A DNA stretch of 64,000 nucleotides from Eledone cirrhosa (lineage: Eukaryota): NCBI GenBank assembly GCA_964016885.1, contig OZ024741.1, forward strand, positions 372,620,001 through 372,684,000, given 5' to 3'. Numbering within the stretch: the stretch's first letter is position 1; the number at the start of each line of letters is the position of its first letter. Below, piece after piece: positions 12,320 to 24,902 of the stretch. A program made the translations under genes and the position numbers. The notes beneath the pieces were generated by a model, which ran no database searches, was not told the origin of the DNA, and saw only the letters and a list, made by a program, of their open reading frames with translations.

Positions 12320-14275
12320 GTAATTATTACCTAACATTTCCAAATTTTTGTTTCTATTGCTTTTTGTATTTTTTTTGTTATGTTCAAAATGAATTTTTTT
12401 TTTTTTTTGTAATTTCTAATAAAGTAGTATAAATAATAGATTGGAAATGCATGAAGCAGATTGGTTACTATAACGACTTAACACATATTTCAGGCACAGG
12501 CCAGTTAAGGAAGGACACATCAATCGTTTGTTTTTGTTTTGAACTGTTTCTGCTTCACATTTGAAAATAGGGTAATAGCCTTGGAATACGTTGAAATAGG
12601 GTAATAGCCTTGAAATATACTGGGTAAAATATTACTTTGTTTTATTTTATTTGTCATCCTTTGCTCTTTATATATTTCTACTGCACTGTACCAGTTTTTT
12701 AAAAGTTATCTGTAATTTCTAATATTTTCTTTTTGAAATTCTACTTCTTTATTTCTGGCATTCTGGCACTGTATAATGTGTCTTTTCTCTGCTTCTTCTG
12801 TTACTTTTAATAGATTATTTTCTTCATGAAACTTTGAGCACACTCTACCATGACTCAGATTTGTTTGTTGCACCTGATTCTGTCTAATGTCAAACATACA
12901 TTGTCTTTCTCCTCAAATGTTATAAAAATGTTATTTGCAGTTCATCTGAATCTATTTACTTATGTTTCTACATGATATTAACTTTTTCATTACCATACTT
13001 TTAATGAAAGACACTACCTATTATTTTCAACTCATTTTAAAAATATAGAATTTGGAACAATTTAGCAAAATAACTAACTAAGGTTCTTATATATAATTAC
13101 AATGGAAGGTTTTTAGATAATTATAAATGCTATAAAATAAACAGTTTTTGTTACAATAGAAGTAGGGAATTGGCAATATTGGTAGAATGTTGAACACCTT
13201 GCTTTGCGGCATAGAGTTACCACCCTTTACATCCCGATTTCAAATTCTGCCAAGGTTAGCCTTTCATCCTTACGAGATCAATAAAATAAAGAACCAGTAA
13301 TGCACTTGATTTGATTTAATTGACTTTCTTCTTCCTTCAAGTTGTTAGCCTTGTGCCTAAATCCGAAACAGGGTTCTTTTTGATAGGTTGGTTTTGAAAG
13401 GGTTAATTGTGTTTCAAACTTGATTGACATATTCATCTAAGAAATCTTCCATTGGCTTTTATCAAAAGTAAAAAAAATTATTAAGTCACAGATTTATTTA
13501 TTTATTTATTTAAGTTACTTGTATCAGTTTCACCTAGTCAAGAAGAAAAAGCAAATATTCATTCTCACTGCCTAGTTGATTAATTTGCATTTGTCATCAT
13601 TATTATCATGAAGGCGGTAGATTGGTAGTACTGGTAGAGCATTGGACAATATGCTTTGCAGCATAGAATTACATCTCTTATGTTCTGAGTTCAAATTCTG
13701 CCAAGGTTAGCTTTACCTTTCATTCATCCTTATGGGATCAACAATATAAAGTAGTAGTAACACACTGGGGTCAAATTAATTGACTTTCCCTTCCCCCAAA
13801 TTGTTGGTCTTGTGCCTAAATCAGAAACTATTATAATCAAATCCCGCCAAGGTTAACTTTGCCTTTCATCCTTATGGGGTCGATAAAATAAGTACCAGTA
13901 ATGCACTGGGATAATTTCTGGCCTTGTGCCAAAAGTAGAAACAATTATTATCATAGGCATCGAATTGGCAGAATTGTTAGAATGTTAGATAGAATTCTTT
14001 ACAGTATTTGTTCCAACTCTTTGCTCTCTGAGATCAAATTCCACCGAGTTCAGTTTTACTTTTCATCCTTTCGAGGTTGTTAAAAAGGTACTAGTTCTGT
14101 ACTGACGTTGATTCTTCCCTATATCTATCTCTTTCTCCCTTCCTCTCTCTCTCCAAGAAATCAACTACACTCTAGTTTAGAGAGGGGGTAGGCACTGCCA
14201 GGTTTAAGCTGCCCAATTCACTACGACACCCCTACAAATCCATCAGCAGTTACAGGTCCAATCATCATCATTTAA

Positions 14276-14493
14276 CCCTTTAGCATTTACATTACTCTAT
14301 ATTTACTATTGTATTTTGTGGTAAAGGCTTTATCTCACATAATTATCCCACATAATATCGAATCTGAGATTTTGATGTTATTTATTTTGAGAACAATACC
14401 ATAACATCAGCATGAGTGGCCAGTTAGAGCCAGTTAGAACAGAAAGAGATGAGAGAATTCTGGCTGGATACAGCCAGTTTAAATGCTAAAGGG
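14276..14493. mobile_element. piggyBac-like MITE (TTAA-flanked)
   Basis: TTAA-CCCTTTAGCATTTA...TAAATGCTAAAGGG-TTAA. Further copies at about 20021-20207, 45754-45934, 54707-54915 and 57174-57394. Confidence 0.85.
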
Positions 14494-15789
14494 TTAATGC
14501 CTGTTTTTCCTGCCAGTAAAGGTTGGCATTAAGAACATGTATTCAATTGTGAAAAGTTAGCTCCAAGTTTGTGTAAGAGGTAAAAAAAAAAGGACATTAT
14601 TGCGTAGGCACTTTTAGGGGTAATAAATATTCTCTTGACAGTAGTAGGAATCATTCAGCAATATACTTATGAAAGGTACCAATAATTCATCTCAATTTCT
14701 TTTAGATATTTTATCTAAAGGTGTATAAAGCAGTATTTTTTTTATGTTTTAGTGGATAATGGCAATTCTCTATAAAATTTTGGTAGGCTTACTAAATACT
14801 TTTGTTCCAATGGAAAAATGACATTCTCTTTTCAAATCTAATTTGTCAAATTTTTGCTATAATTTGATACCAAACCACCTTATACCATTAATGGCTCTAG
14901 AATACGAAACCGGTTGATTTAAAGTGTATATATTTATTTAAAGACTTTCCATCATAATTTTGTATAACAACCTTTGTTAAGTTCTGTTCCAAATACTAAA
15001 TAAAATGACTAAATCTCTTAAATTTCTTGATAATTAAAAAAATTATTTGAAGCACATAGGCAGTGTCTTTCCTTAGAAATATGGTAAGAAAAGGGTTAAC
15101 TATTTGTACTGTTTGCACAATGCTTGCATTACATCTGATAAGTGTTTCTTATCAACCTCTTTCTTTTTCTGAATAATTTCCTCATGACCCTTTTGATATT
15201 AAACCACCTAAAGCCATTCTTGGTTCATGTATACAAATCAATTTATGTTACAGTGTTTATCTTAATCTCAAAACCTCCCATCATAATTTTATATAAGAAT
15301 AAATGACTCATAAGGTTCAGAAAACTGGTACAATCTGGTAGAAATATATAAAGGGTAAAGGATGACAAATAAAACAAAACAAAATAATGTTTTACCCAGT
15401 ATATTTCAGGTCTTATACCCTTTTCAAATATGAAATGGAAATAGTTCAAAACTAAACTGGACGATCAATGTGTTCTTTGCAATCTGGTCTATGTAGTCCA
15501 GTTAGGCAACAATACATTGATTGTTTGTTTTTCTTTTGAACTGTTTTTCTTTCACATTTGAAAAGAAAGTAATGGCCATGAAATGTTATGTTGAAATCAA
15601 CGTCATTATCATCATCATCATTGTTTCGCGTCTATTTTCCATGCTTGCATGGGTAAGACGGGTCATCTACGTTGGGTTGGGAGACAAGTCTGGCTAGAAT
15701 TGGCCACGCCATATCTTGCTCCAATGGGACTGTAAATTTAGCCAGGAATTTTACAGCTGGATGCCTTTCCTAACACCAACCACATTTAC

Positions 15790-16110
15790 AGTGTGGAACT
15801 GGATGGCACTGTTATTAGGAGGGACAAGCTAGATGGCTATGCCGAGCCCATCTCACAGTGGAGCCAATGGTTTTGATGCCCGGAATTGGATGGCACCACT
15901 ATAAGGAGGGACAGGCCAGTTGGCCATGCTGTGAACCCCTCTCACAGCGGAACCACAGTTCGAGAGCCTGGAACTGGATGGTGCCGCTAAAGATGTGGTT
16001 CAAGCCAGTTGGCCACGCAGAACCCTTCTCACAGTAGACCCATAGTTTAGGAACTACAACCACGTTTACAGCCTAGTACTGGATTGCACCGCTCTGGGGA
16101 GGGACAATGA
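15790..16110. repeat. Imperfect ~75-80 bp tandem repeat inside an RTE-tail-bearing element
   Basis: ggaactggatgg...gggacaagcc/ctag...ggccatgc...ctctcacag recurs 3-4 times. Confidence 0.6.
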
Positions 16111-16548
16111 GGATAACAAGACTTGGTCCTATGTCATCCTCATTGGGGGATTCGGTTGAATCCAGTCCCCCTTTATCGTTTCATCCCATGTCTTCCTGGG
16201 TCTCCCTCTTTGAGTAAAACATTACTTTGTTTTGTTTTATTTGTCATCCTTTACCCTTTATATATTTCTACCACATTGTACCAACCTTCTGAAACTTATT
16301 ACATATCTTACAATGTATCATATTAACTATACTATTTTATATAAAAACCTTTAAGTCCTGTTCCAAATACCAGCTTAGTAATGAGAAAATCAGTTATATC
16401 ACTAATTCCGGTTATTTTCAAAATAATTCGTTGGCAATGTTTTTAAATTAGAAATATGTAACAAAAGGGATAATGTTACAAGAGCTTGACATTTTTCTCA
16501 CATATCTCATTATTTTAAAAAAGTTTCTTTTTTTTTTTTTTAATTCAG

Positions 16549-16632
16549 AAACCAATTCAAAGTAAAAATGAATTAATAGCTTTTGAAGAAAAAGAAAGAC
16601 GGAGAGCAGAAAAAAGAAGAGCAAAGAAAAAG
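16549..16632 (+). CDS. TTC31: TTC31-like exon, charged coiled coil (KPIQSKNELIAFEEKERRRAEKRRAKKK; phase 0 to 0)
   Basis: Poly-T + ttcag acceptor, donor GTAAGT, 84 nt. Confidence 0.85.
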
Positions 16633-17094
16633 GTAAGTATTTTTTTAACACTTTAGTGTTTACATTGAAACAGTAGAATGTTTTTACAGTTGACAATGCT
16701 GTGATACCTAATTATTTATATATTTGGGTGTTTAACTTTCTGGATGCTACAGGCACATTATGTCGCCAATAGAGTAATCTCCCCTTATACATAATGCAGT
16801 GTCAAGGGAAGCAATTCATAAACATTTCTAGCATGCTAAAGATTAAATGTTTTCACTTTTTTACTAATCATACTTATGGAAGTATATCTAATCCACCCCT
16901 CTTGGCGTTAGGAAGGGCATCCAGCTGTAGAAACCAAGCCAAGGTCTGCCCTGGGTCAGCTAAACTTGGTCCGTTGACCTGATTTTCTTCCTAAGGGTCA
17001 ACCCGTCCTACCCATGCTAGCATGGAAGATGGACGTTAAATGATGATGAGGATGACTCCACCACCATAAATGAAATAAGGGCCAGTCCACCTCA

Positions 17095-17330
17095 TTGTCT
17101 CCTGTTGGACTGCAAGGGAGATGTGCTGCAACAGCCACTCCTCCTTGTGGGGCTTGCACCTGCAGGAATCCAACTCCGTTCCAATAGCAGTGAGCAGGGA
17201 TATGGTCCAGGGGCCAAGAATGCCGAATGTCTCCACTGCCCTAGGCTCAGTCGCAGTCCTATCAGAGAGCAGCTGATACTTTGACAGTTTGCCTTCTTCA
17301 GCCTGGCAGGCAGAAAAACTTAAGCTGGTT
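17095..17330 (-). pseudogene. Relic C-terminus of an RLE-type (CRE-like) non-LTR retrotransposon
   Basis: Minus strand reads AEEGKLSKY...AVETFGILGP...WLLQHISLAVQ, matching the E..K..KY / P.AVET.G / QRISLAVQRGN pattern of restriction-like endonuclease tails. Confidence 0.7.
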
Positions 17331-18421
17331 CTTCTTTAGTTCATGATGAATTAACTAACAACCCTTTTATTACCATATTTGTAATGAAAACATTGCTTAT
17401 ATTATTGATTATTTTAAATAATCAAGAATTTCAAAGGATTTAGTAACTTTCCTTATTAATCTGGTATTTAGAGAATAGCTTAACAAAAGTTCTTACATAG
17501 TGGAGGATTTCAAGATAAATAAAAAAAAATGTTAATATACAGCTTAGTATCATAGAGCCAGGGTACTTTCAGGTAGTTTGGTATCAAAATAAGTACATGC
17601 TTAGGGCATCAAGGGAAGAAGGGCTCCATTTTTTTCAAATTATACTGGTTATAAAAAAAGAATAGCTGGCATTATGTGGGGTGGGCCATAATGTTTTAGG
17701 TGCTTAGAGCCTAAAAAGGATTTAATTCCAGTCCTGGGTAGTGCTCCCAGATTCCTGAGTTAACATTTAGCTTTTAAGATAAGATCAAGATGACATAAAT
17801 AATGTTTAATCCGAGTATTGTTCATTTTCTAAATTGTCCTCCAGAATGTATAGACTTGTGTTCGATCTAGATATTATTTGAGACAGACACTATGCTTTAC
17901 ATTCTGCGTTTAAATCCTGCTGAAGTTAGCTTTGCCTTTCATCTTTACAGGTTCAATAAAATAAAGTACCAGTAATGCACTGGGGTTGATTTAATCTACT
18001 TTCCCCTCCCCTAGAATTCTTGACCTTGTGCCGAAATCAGAAACTATTATTTGAGACTTGAACAAAACATCTTGCATTGTTTAGTTTCTTAGCTGTATCT
18101 TGTTTAAAATAGGTACACTGCATCTAGATGGGTTGGTGCTAGGAAGGACATCAAGCTGTAAAACCTTGCCTCCTCTCCTAGAAAGGAAGTACCTCTATAT
18201 CATGGGGCTCACAAGGCTAATAACCCCTTCTTTAGCAGGGAAAATGGCCTTAAAAGGTTTATTGTGTTGTGTTTTAAATCTTGTCATGGTCAGCTTTGTA
18301 TTTCATATATTATTAAAACAAGTACCACTTTATTGTTGAGGTTGATTTGATTTGTCGAATCCTCACTACAAAGTTCATATAGGCTTATACTTGTGTAAGA
18401 AATTATTTATTGTTATTACTA

Positions 18422-18730
18422 ACTAGCAGAAAAACCACCCTTCGGGAAGTTTTCTGCTAGCATGTGTAGTGTGTATATTGTGTTACACTGTCTTCTGTAA
18501 TCAGTAAAGTAATCCATGATACATTTAAAAAAGACGATATTATATATAAACTGCATTACAGTGAAATGTAATGAAAACGAAAATGGAGAAAATTAGCGAC
18601 GGAAATATAAACGTTATGATATAATGATGCGAATATATGAACGTTTATATAAGTGATATAATATAGCGTCCATTATATCATAACCGGAAGTATTGACAGT
18701 TTAAAATTTTGAAAGCAGTTAATCTTAAAT
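18422..18730 (-). mobile_element. Helitron-like 3' fragment
   Basis: Minus strand ends with a short hairpin (ccgaaggg) + ttttctgCTAG|T. The extent of the element is approximate. Confidence 0.45.
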
Positions 18731-18857
18731 AAGTGATCATTATCATCATCATCTTCATTTAACGTCCATCTTCCACGCTAGCATGGGTTATATTTATATT
18801 TAATCAACAGCTCCGAAATTTAGTACATAAATTATGTAATATTCATTCATTATTTAA

Positions 18858-19029
18858 TCGGTAGAGGGTCGGACGCCATGCTTTCCAGCATAGTTACGTC
18901 CCTTTACGATCTGACTTCAAATCCCGCCGAGGTTGACTTTGCCTTTCATCCTTACGGGGTTGATAAAATAAAGTACCAGTAATGCACTGGGTAATTGCTG
19001 GCCTTGTGCCTAAAGTAGAAACAATTATT
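18858..19029 (+). mobile_element. tRNA-derived SINE with a Meta-like domain (gcctttcatccttacggggtcgataaaataaagtaccag), (ATT)n tail
   Basis: Many near-identical copies: 13612-13950, 46015-46228, 48556-48941 (tandem pair), 49071-49260 (-), 53330-53518 (-) and 62127-62305. Confidence 0.8.
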
Positions 19030-19611
19030 TATTCAAAGTAATTTAACTTATTTTACTAATGGGATAAAAAAATATATTTAGGACACAGTCCCGCACTCCT
19101 CCCTTTATTATATTATGATAAGATCTGGAAGTAATTATACTAATTTTGACAGTATTTTTATAAAATTTATCTAGTAACCAGCCTACTAACATAAATTTAT
19201 CTGGCATAATAACAGAAGATGTAGTTTTTGAAATTTTAGAACGTGAGAGTCCCACATGCAGAAAATAACTAATAACGTCAATCATTATAGAAAAAAATAG
19301 AGATGGAAAAAAGTAAAGAAAGGCGCCAACAAGGAATTGAACTCCATATCTCTCATGAGAGTGCATTATAATTACAGTAAGGTGTAGCTAATACATCTTC
19401 CTGTTTTTTTTAAAATGTTATACTTATACAATTTTGGGGCCTAGAGCACTGGGAGTTTTTGAAATTTAAAAATGTGAGGGTTTGTTTTTTACTTGAAATA
19501 TGTTGAAGTCTTATTTTTTTTTTCATTTTTCAAGATTATGGCTTCTATATTTATTTATGTTGCAAATAAATAAATAAATTTACGACATACTTCCTTACTC
19601 TTCTGTTTTAG

Positions 19612-19662
19612 AGACGAAGAGAGAAGAAAAAATTAGAAAAATTAGAGCAACAACCAAAAGAG
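19612..19662 (+). CDS. TTC31: TTC31-like exon (RRREKKKLEKLEQQPKE; phase 0 to 0)
   Basis: Acceptor ttctgttttag, donor GTGAAC; continues the K/R/E-rich helix. Confidence 0.85.
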
Positions 19663-20394
19663 GTGAACATCTTTATGAGTTTTTCTTTTTTCTTTTCTTT
19701 TTATGAAAATTTACTTACTGACAAAATGTTACTATCATCCATGGTTGTGAGACATAGGCATTGAATGGTAAGGATATGCAAAGACTTGCACATACAAAGG
19801 AAATGAAACATCACTTTGCCTATGATTTTCAAGTAATTTTGAAAATAATTAAGAATTTGTAAACATCTAGTAATATAACTAACTTTTTCATGACTAAGCT
19901 ACTTGGTTTAGAATAGGTGCACCATATCCTTGTATGTAATATGAGACAACTAAAAAGATTCACATCAGGAAGGGCATCCTACTGTAAAACATTACCGTAA
20001 CCCTTTAGCATTTAAACTGGCCATATCCAGTCAGAAATCTTTCACCTCTTTCTGTTCAAACCGGCTGCAATCAGCTGCTCATATTGATGTCGAGGTATTG
20101 TTCTCAAAATAAATATCAAAATCTCATAGATTTGGTATTAAAGATTTGGTAAAACCTATACCATGAAAATGCAATAGTATATATAGAGTAATGTAAATGC
20201 TAAAAAGTTAAGAAGTATATCCTGATGATTGTGAAGTCCATCAAGAGGCCTGCCTTCCTCAAAAAGTTTCCGGTGAAGGCTGTGAAACTTGTCATGGTAA
20301 AAATGACCTTAAATGGAAAACACTTGTTGTTTTTCATTATTAAGCTAATGTTTGGAACACATCTTTAAGATTCTCACATAGAATTAGGATGGAA

Positions 20395-22060
20395 TCATCA
20401 TCACCGTTTTACGTCCGTTCTTCCACGCTAGCATGGGTTAGACGGGTTGTCCTGTTGTGGGCAGTGTCTGGTCGGCTGACCATGCCTTGCTCATACAGGA
20501 ACTGATTTGGCTTGATTTCTACAGCTGGATGCCCTTCCTAACACCAACCTCATTTACAGTGAGTGCTGGGTGCTTTTTCGTGGCGCCTACATGTCCACTT
20601 TACAGTGTGGGCTGGGTGCTTTTTTGCCATGGTACCTCCACGACCACCTTGTGGTGGAGGGTGTGGGGGCATATTGTCTATATGCTTCAGCTTGTACCCA
20701 TGGGAGGTCGGGTACTCTGTATTACTACGTGACGCCAGAGGTCACGGTCGTGTGTCATTGCCTTTGAGAGGTGTAATTGGGTAAGATCGGCTTTTATCAC
20801 CTCATCCCAGGTCATCTTAGGTCTCCCTACTCCGCGGTTTCCATCGACTTCTAGTGCTCTGTACCTTTTTATGCAACTGTCATCCTTCATACGCATCACA
20901 TGTCCATACCAGCGCAACCGCCTCTCCTGCACACAGCATTTGATTCCTCTTATGCTCAGTCTCTCTCTCAATTCATTTATGCTTTGTCGTTCACGTATAT
21001 TACTGTTACACATCCATCGGAGCATGCAGGCTTCGTTTCTCTCTAATCTACGTAAGTCTTCCACCTTCAGCGCCCAGGTCTCACTACCATGCAACATCGC
21101 TGTTCGGATACACGCATCATACAGTCTGCCTTTCATTCTGAGGGAGAAGCCTTTTGCAGCTAGCAGTACCCTAAACTTTTTCCATCCCGTTCTTACCCTA
21201 GTTATTGTACTTTCTGAACACCCACCTCCACTGCTAATTCGGTCACCTAGGTAGCAGAAGCTGTCTACTGTTTCTACAGAGCCCTCCCAGAGATTGGTGG
21301 TACTTGTTTCCTGTGGCTGTTTGCTGCCCCAGCACAGCTGCTGCATGTGAAGCCTACATTCTTAATTAAGCTTCCTGAGATCCCGCTACATCTCTTGTGT
21401 ACCCATTGTTTGCATTCGGGGCAGAGAATGGAGTTCCTACCTACACCTTTCCTACATACTGAGCAAGGCCATTTCCCTGAGGGGATCTGGGTTCTGTTTT
21501 CTCGTCTACTTACAAGGACCTTAGTCTTTGTCATGTTGACTTTGAGACCCTTTCTTTCTAGTCCCTGCTTCCAAGTTTGGAATTTATTCTCTAGTTCTAC
21601 CATAGATTCAGCTATAAGTGCGAGGTCATCAGCATACAGGAGTTCCCATGGGCATCCAGTCTTAAACTCCTCCGTTATTGCCTGCAGGACTATGATGAAC
21701 AGGAGGGGGGCTAAGAACAGAGCCCTGGTGCACCCCAACCTGTACGCTAAATTCCTCGCTATACTCATTGCTAATCCTAACTTTGCTGACTGCTCCCCTA
21801 TACATGGCTTGTACCGCTTTCACAAGCCTTTCATCTACTCCTAGTTTTCTATGAGCCCACCAGATTACAGCACGTGGAACTCTGTCAAAGGCTTTCTCAA
21901 GGTCGACAAATGCCAAGTAGAGTGGCTTACTTTTAGCTAAGTACTTTTCCTGTAACTGCCTCACAAGAGGGCATCAGTGGTACCTCTTCCTGGTACAAAC
22001 CCAAATTGCATCTTGTCTATTTTCACCCGGTCCCTAATCAACTGTGCTATAACTCTTTCT
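20395..22060 (-). mobile_element. 5'-truncated, frameshifted RTE-clade LINE (RT + PHD + 3' UTR)
   Basis: ORFs 21662-21964, 21274-21768 and 20687-21346 give FVDLEKAFDRV, HQGSVLS, LYADD, CSVCRKGVG and YLGD. Confidence 0.93.
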
Positions 22061-22080
22061 GGAATGTTTTTAGATAAATA

Positions 22081-22692
22081 CGAGGTCTGTTGAAAAAATA
22101 TCCAACTTTATTGTTTCCCCTGGAAATGAATGATTTTAGAGTGGAAAATACACGAAGTGAATAAATCGCTCTACAGCTCACACCTTTACCTTTCTGACAT
22201 CTTGAGGCTTAGGAGGCTAGCATTAGCTGGACATGTGAAATGTCATAATGAACCTGCTGACTGAGTTCTTTTCTGGAAACCTGATACATGCAGATAAGTT
22301 GGGAGACCAACCAGAACGCTGAAGGACATTCTTGAAGATGACACCATGCTAGAGACAAAGGAAATTTAGAGGGCAATGCTAGACAGGGTGAGGTGGAGGA
22401 GGAACTTCATGGCACTGGTAACTGATGTATTGAAGAAGGACAAAAGTGTGTTGGATGTATAGATGTAGATGGTGTGTAAGGTGCTGTACTTCATACTTGT
22501 CACATTTTCATTTCAACTGATACTGCCAACAAGGTTGTTGACTTCTAAATATGATGATACTGGAGATTAGACTAGTCAAAGTGTGTAGTAGCACAAGAGA
22601 CCCACTTCAAAGATGATTGGCAATTGAATACCACAAAGTATGTAATTGTTTTCTGCCTAGCTTGAGATTGGATACGTTTTTGACAAACTTCA
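22081..22692. mobile_element. Degenerate mariner-type MITE
   Basis: TA-cgaggtctgttgaaaaaatatccaa ... ttggatacgtttttgacaaacttca-TA. Confidence 0.5.
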
Positions 22693-22844
22693 TAAAAACA
22701 ATTTAAATAAACAATTTTTGTGTCTTAGCACCAGGAGCGGTTACAGGAGGTTTTTTTATATCAAAAAGGTCAAATCCTTATATTTGATATGCAGCTCTAT
22801 GAAGGACCTGTTGATGTTCTCTTTTTCAACACATACACCAACAC

Positions 22845-23232
22845 TGCATGTGTGATCATGTGATCTTTCATATGACCATGTGATTCCTTGTGTATGACCT
22901 TCATATGACCATGTGATTCCTTGTGTATGACCTTCATATGACCACCTGATCCTTCATGTGCGTATGATCCTCTGTGTGTATGACAAACTGATCCTCATGT
23001 CTGTGTAACCATCTGATCCTTCATGTGGGTATGACGTGATCCCTCGTGTACAACCATCTGATCCCTCCTTTGTGTATAACCGATCCTTCATGTACGTATA
23101 ACCATGTGATCCTTCATGTGGATATGACCATCTGATCCTTCATATGACCATTTGATCTTACATGTGTGTATTCCCATGTGTTCCTTCATGCGTGAATGAT
23201 CATGTGATCCCACATGTGCGTATGAGCAAGTG
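22845..23232. repeat. Minisatellite with a ~20-30 bp degenerate unit (atgaccatg/ctgatccttcatgtg)
   Basis: tgatcc(t)tcat motifs are repeated more than 10 times, ending about 60 nt upstream of an acceptor. Confidence 0.8.
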
Positions 23233-23294
23233 ATTGTCAATCATTTTCACCAAATTTATTTATTAAATTATCTATTTTTTATTACTTATCACAG

Positions 23295-23374
23295 AATGGA
23301 AACACTTCCCAAAATAAGTCTAAAGATTTTAGTGATTCCAAAGGAGAACGAAAATCAAAGAACAGTGATAAAAT
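23295..23374 (+). CDS. TTC31: TTC31-like exon (NGNTSQNKSKDFSDSKGERKSKNSDK; phase 0 to 2)
   Basis: Acceptor tatcacag, donor GTAAGT. Confidence 0.8.
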
Positions 23375-23747
23375 GTAAGTATACTGCCTTGACATCTTTG
23401 ATTCACAGACTTTTTCTGGTTTGAAACTTTTGAAGTAAAGGTATCTGGCCTAATGGTTATAGTACTGGATTCATGATGATAAGGCGGGCTTCATTCCTGG
23501 AGCAGGTGCCATATTGTGTTCTTAAGCAAGACACTTCACTTCACTCTTCTTGATGAAACTGGGGTCCTTATCATTAAAACACCAGAGAAATTTCATATGA
23601 GGTGCAACCTTGGAGGAGCCCAGCTAAACTTGCATAGGTGTGAGCTGTATTATTATTTCTTTTGATTAATTTTTATATATAAGGATGAAAAAGCGTTTGA
23701 TATTTCAAAATAATATCCAAGGTGAATAAGTTTTAAATTTTTTCCAG

Positions 23748-23778
23748 ATTAGTTCCTGACACCACAGACGACGAAGCA
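23748..23778 (+). CDS. TTC31: TTC31-like micro-exon (ILVPDTTDDEA; phase 2 to 0)
   Basis: Acceptor tttttttccag, donor GTAAGT; restores the phase. Confidence 0.8.
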
Positions 23779-23893
23779 GTAAGTCTTCACCTCTTTTCTT
23801 TTAATAAAAGAAAAAGAAAATATGATGTTGGTGATTACACACACACACACACACTTACATATATATATGGGCGGTATGTGTACGCACACACAC

Positions 23894-23936
<43 letters not shown>

Positions 23937-23939
23937 ACA

Positions 23940-24125
23940 AATAAGGTGTGGTAAGATACCAGGTGGACCATAATACACCAGAGTACTCGATACTTAGGAT
24001 AGTAGAGTGGGTAATAGAAAAAAGAGTCAGGAACCCGACGGCTGAGCTCTGGCCGTTTTGACACCGTTCAGATCTAGCTGTCGAAACGGCCAGAGCTCAG
24101 CCATTGGGGTCCTGACTCTTTTTGC
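23940..24125. repeat. Penelope-like repeat with a ~45-bp internal inverted duplication
   Basis: aaaaaagagtcaggaacccgacggctgagctctggccgttttgaca pairs with tgtcgaaacggccagagctcagccattggggtcctgactcttttt. The left part is homologous to 24655-24750. Confidence 0.65.
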
Positions 24126-24145
24126 TATATATATATATATACATA

Positions 24146-24572
24146 TTACTATGTATTTAGGTAAGACCCGCCTTACCTAAATACATAGTAAAACCTACTA
24201 CAGCCAGTAGGCATCTCTAACAAAATACACCCCCGTCCCACCACCCCCATCCCATCCACACCACCCCCTTCTATGTAAAGTTATGTTGGTGCCACAACAT
24301 CCAGGCCGAAACAAATGAGATCGTGTAGGTGTCACGACAAAAACACACAGTCCACGCTGTAATGTGGCCGTGTAGGCAACACGGTAAAAACCTCCCAGAC
24401 CCACACTGTAAATGTGGTTGGTGTTAGGAAGGGCATCCAACTGTAGAAAACCTGCCAGACTGTCCTATGCGAGCAAGACAATCACTCATGCCTCAAGTGG
24501 GACTACCCCCGTCCAAACCCATGCAAGCGTGGAACACGGACGTTAAACGTTGATGATGATGATGATGATGAT
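24146..24572 (+). mobile_element. 3' end of the young RTE LINE family with a 20-bp inverted 5' junction
   Basis: Near-identical to 41053-41461. Segment 24146-24165 is the reverse complement of 24172-24191. Confidence 0.9.
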
Positions 24573-24600
24573 ATATATATATATAAATGAAAGTATAGAA

Positions 24601-24640
<40 letters not shown>

Positions 24641-24837
24641 ATATATAACGAAGGAAATGTGGTAAGGAACCAGGTGGACCATAACGCACCAAAGTACTCA
24701 ATACTTAGGGTAGTAGAGTGGGTAATAGGAATGAGTAGGACCCCGACGGCAACCATTACTGTTGGAAGCTCCCGGAGCTTCCAACAGTAATTCTTTAAGG
24801 GTATGTCAATATTTATTTATAAAACTGCTCTATATTA

Positions 24838-24902
24838 TATTTTATCTGATGAAAGCACACCATAATTTAACTTGGTGTCCTTGAAATATGTATAATGAAA
24901 TA
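24838..24902 (+). ncRNA. Type I hammerhead ribozyme motif (predicted)
   Basis: Stem I tattttat/atgaaata (8 bp, one GU); CTGATGA at 24846-24852; stem II aagcacacca/tggtgtcctt (9 of 10 bp); GAAA at 24883-24886; short stem III; AUA triplet at 24892-24894. Confidence 0.8.

Noticed and set aside
20222-20300. CTGATGA...GAAACTTGTC hammerhead-like spacing
   Set aside because: No convincing stem I or stem II.
22845-23232. CRISPR-like repeat array
   Set aside because: Eukaryotic context, degenerate contiguous units without unique spacers, and no cas genes.
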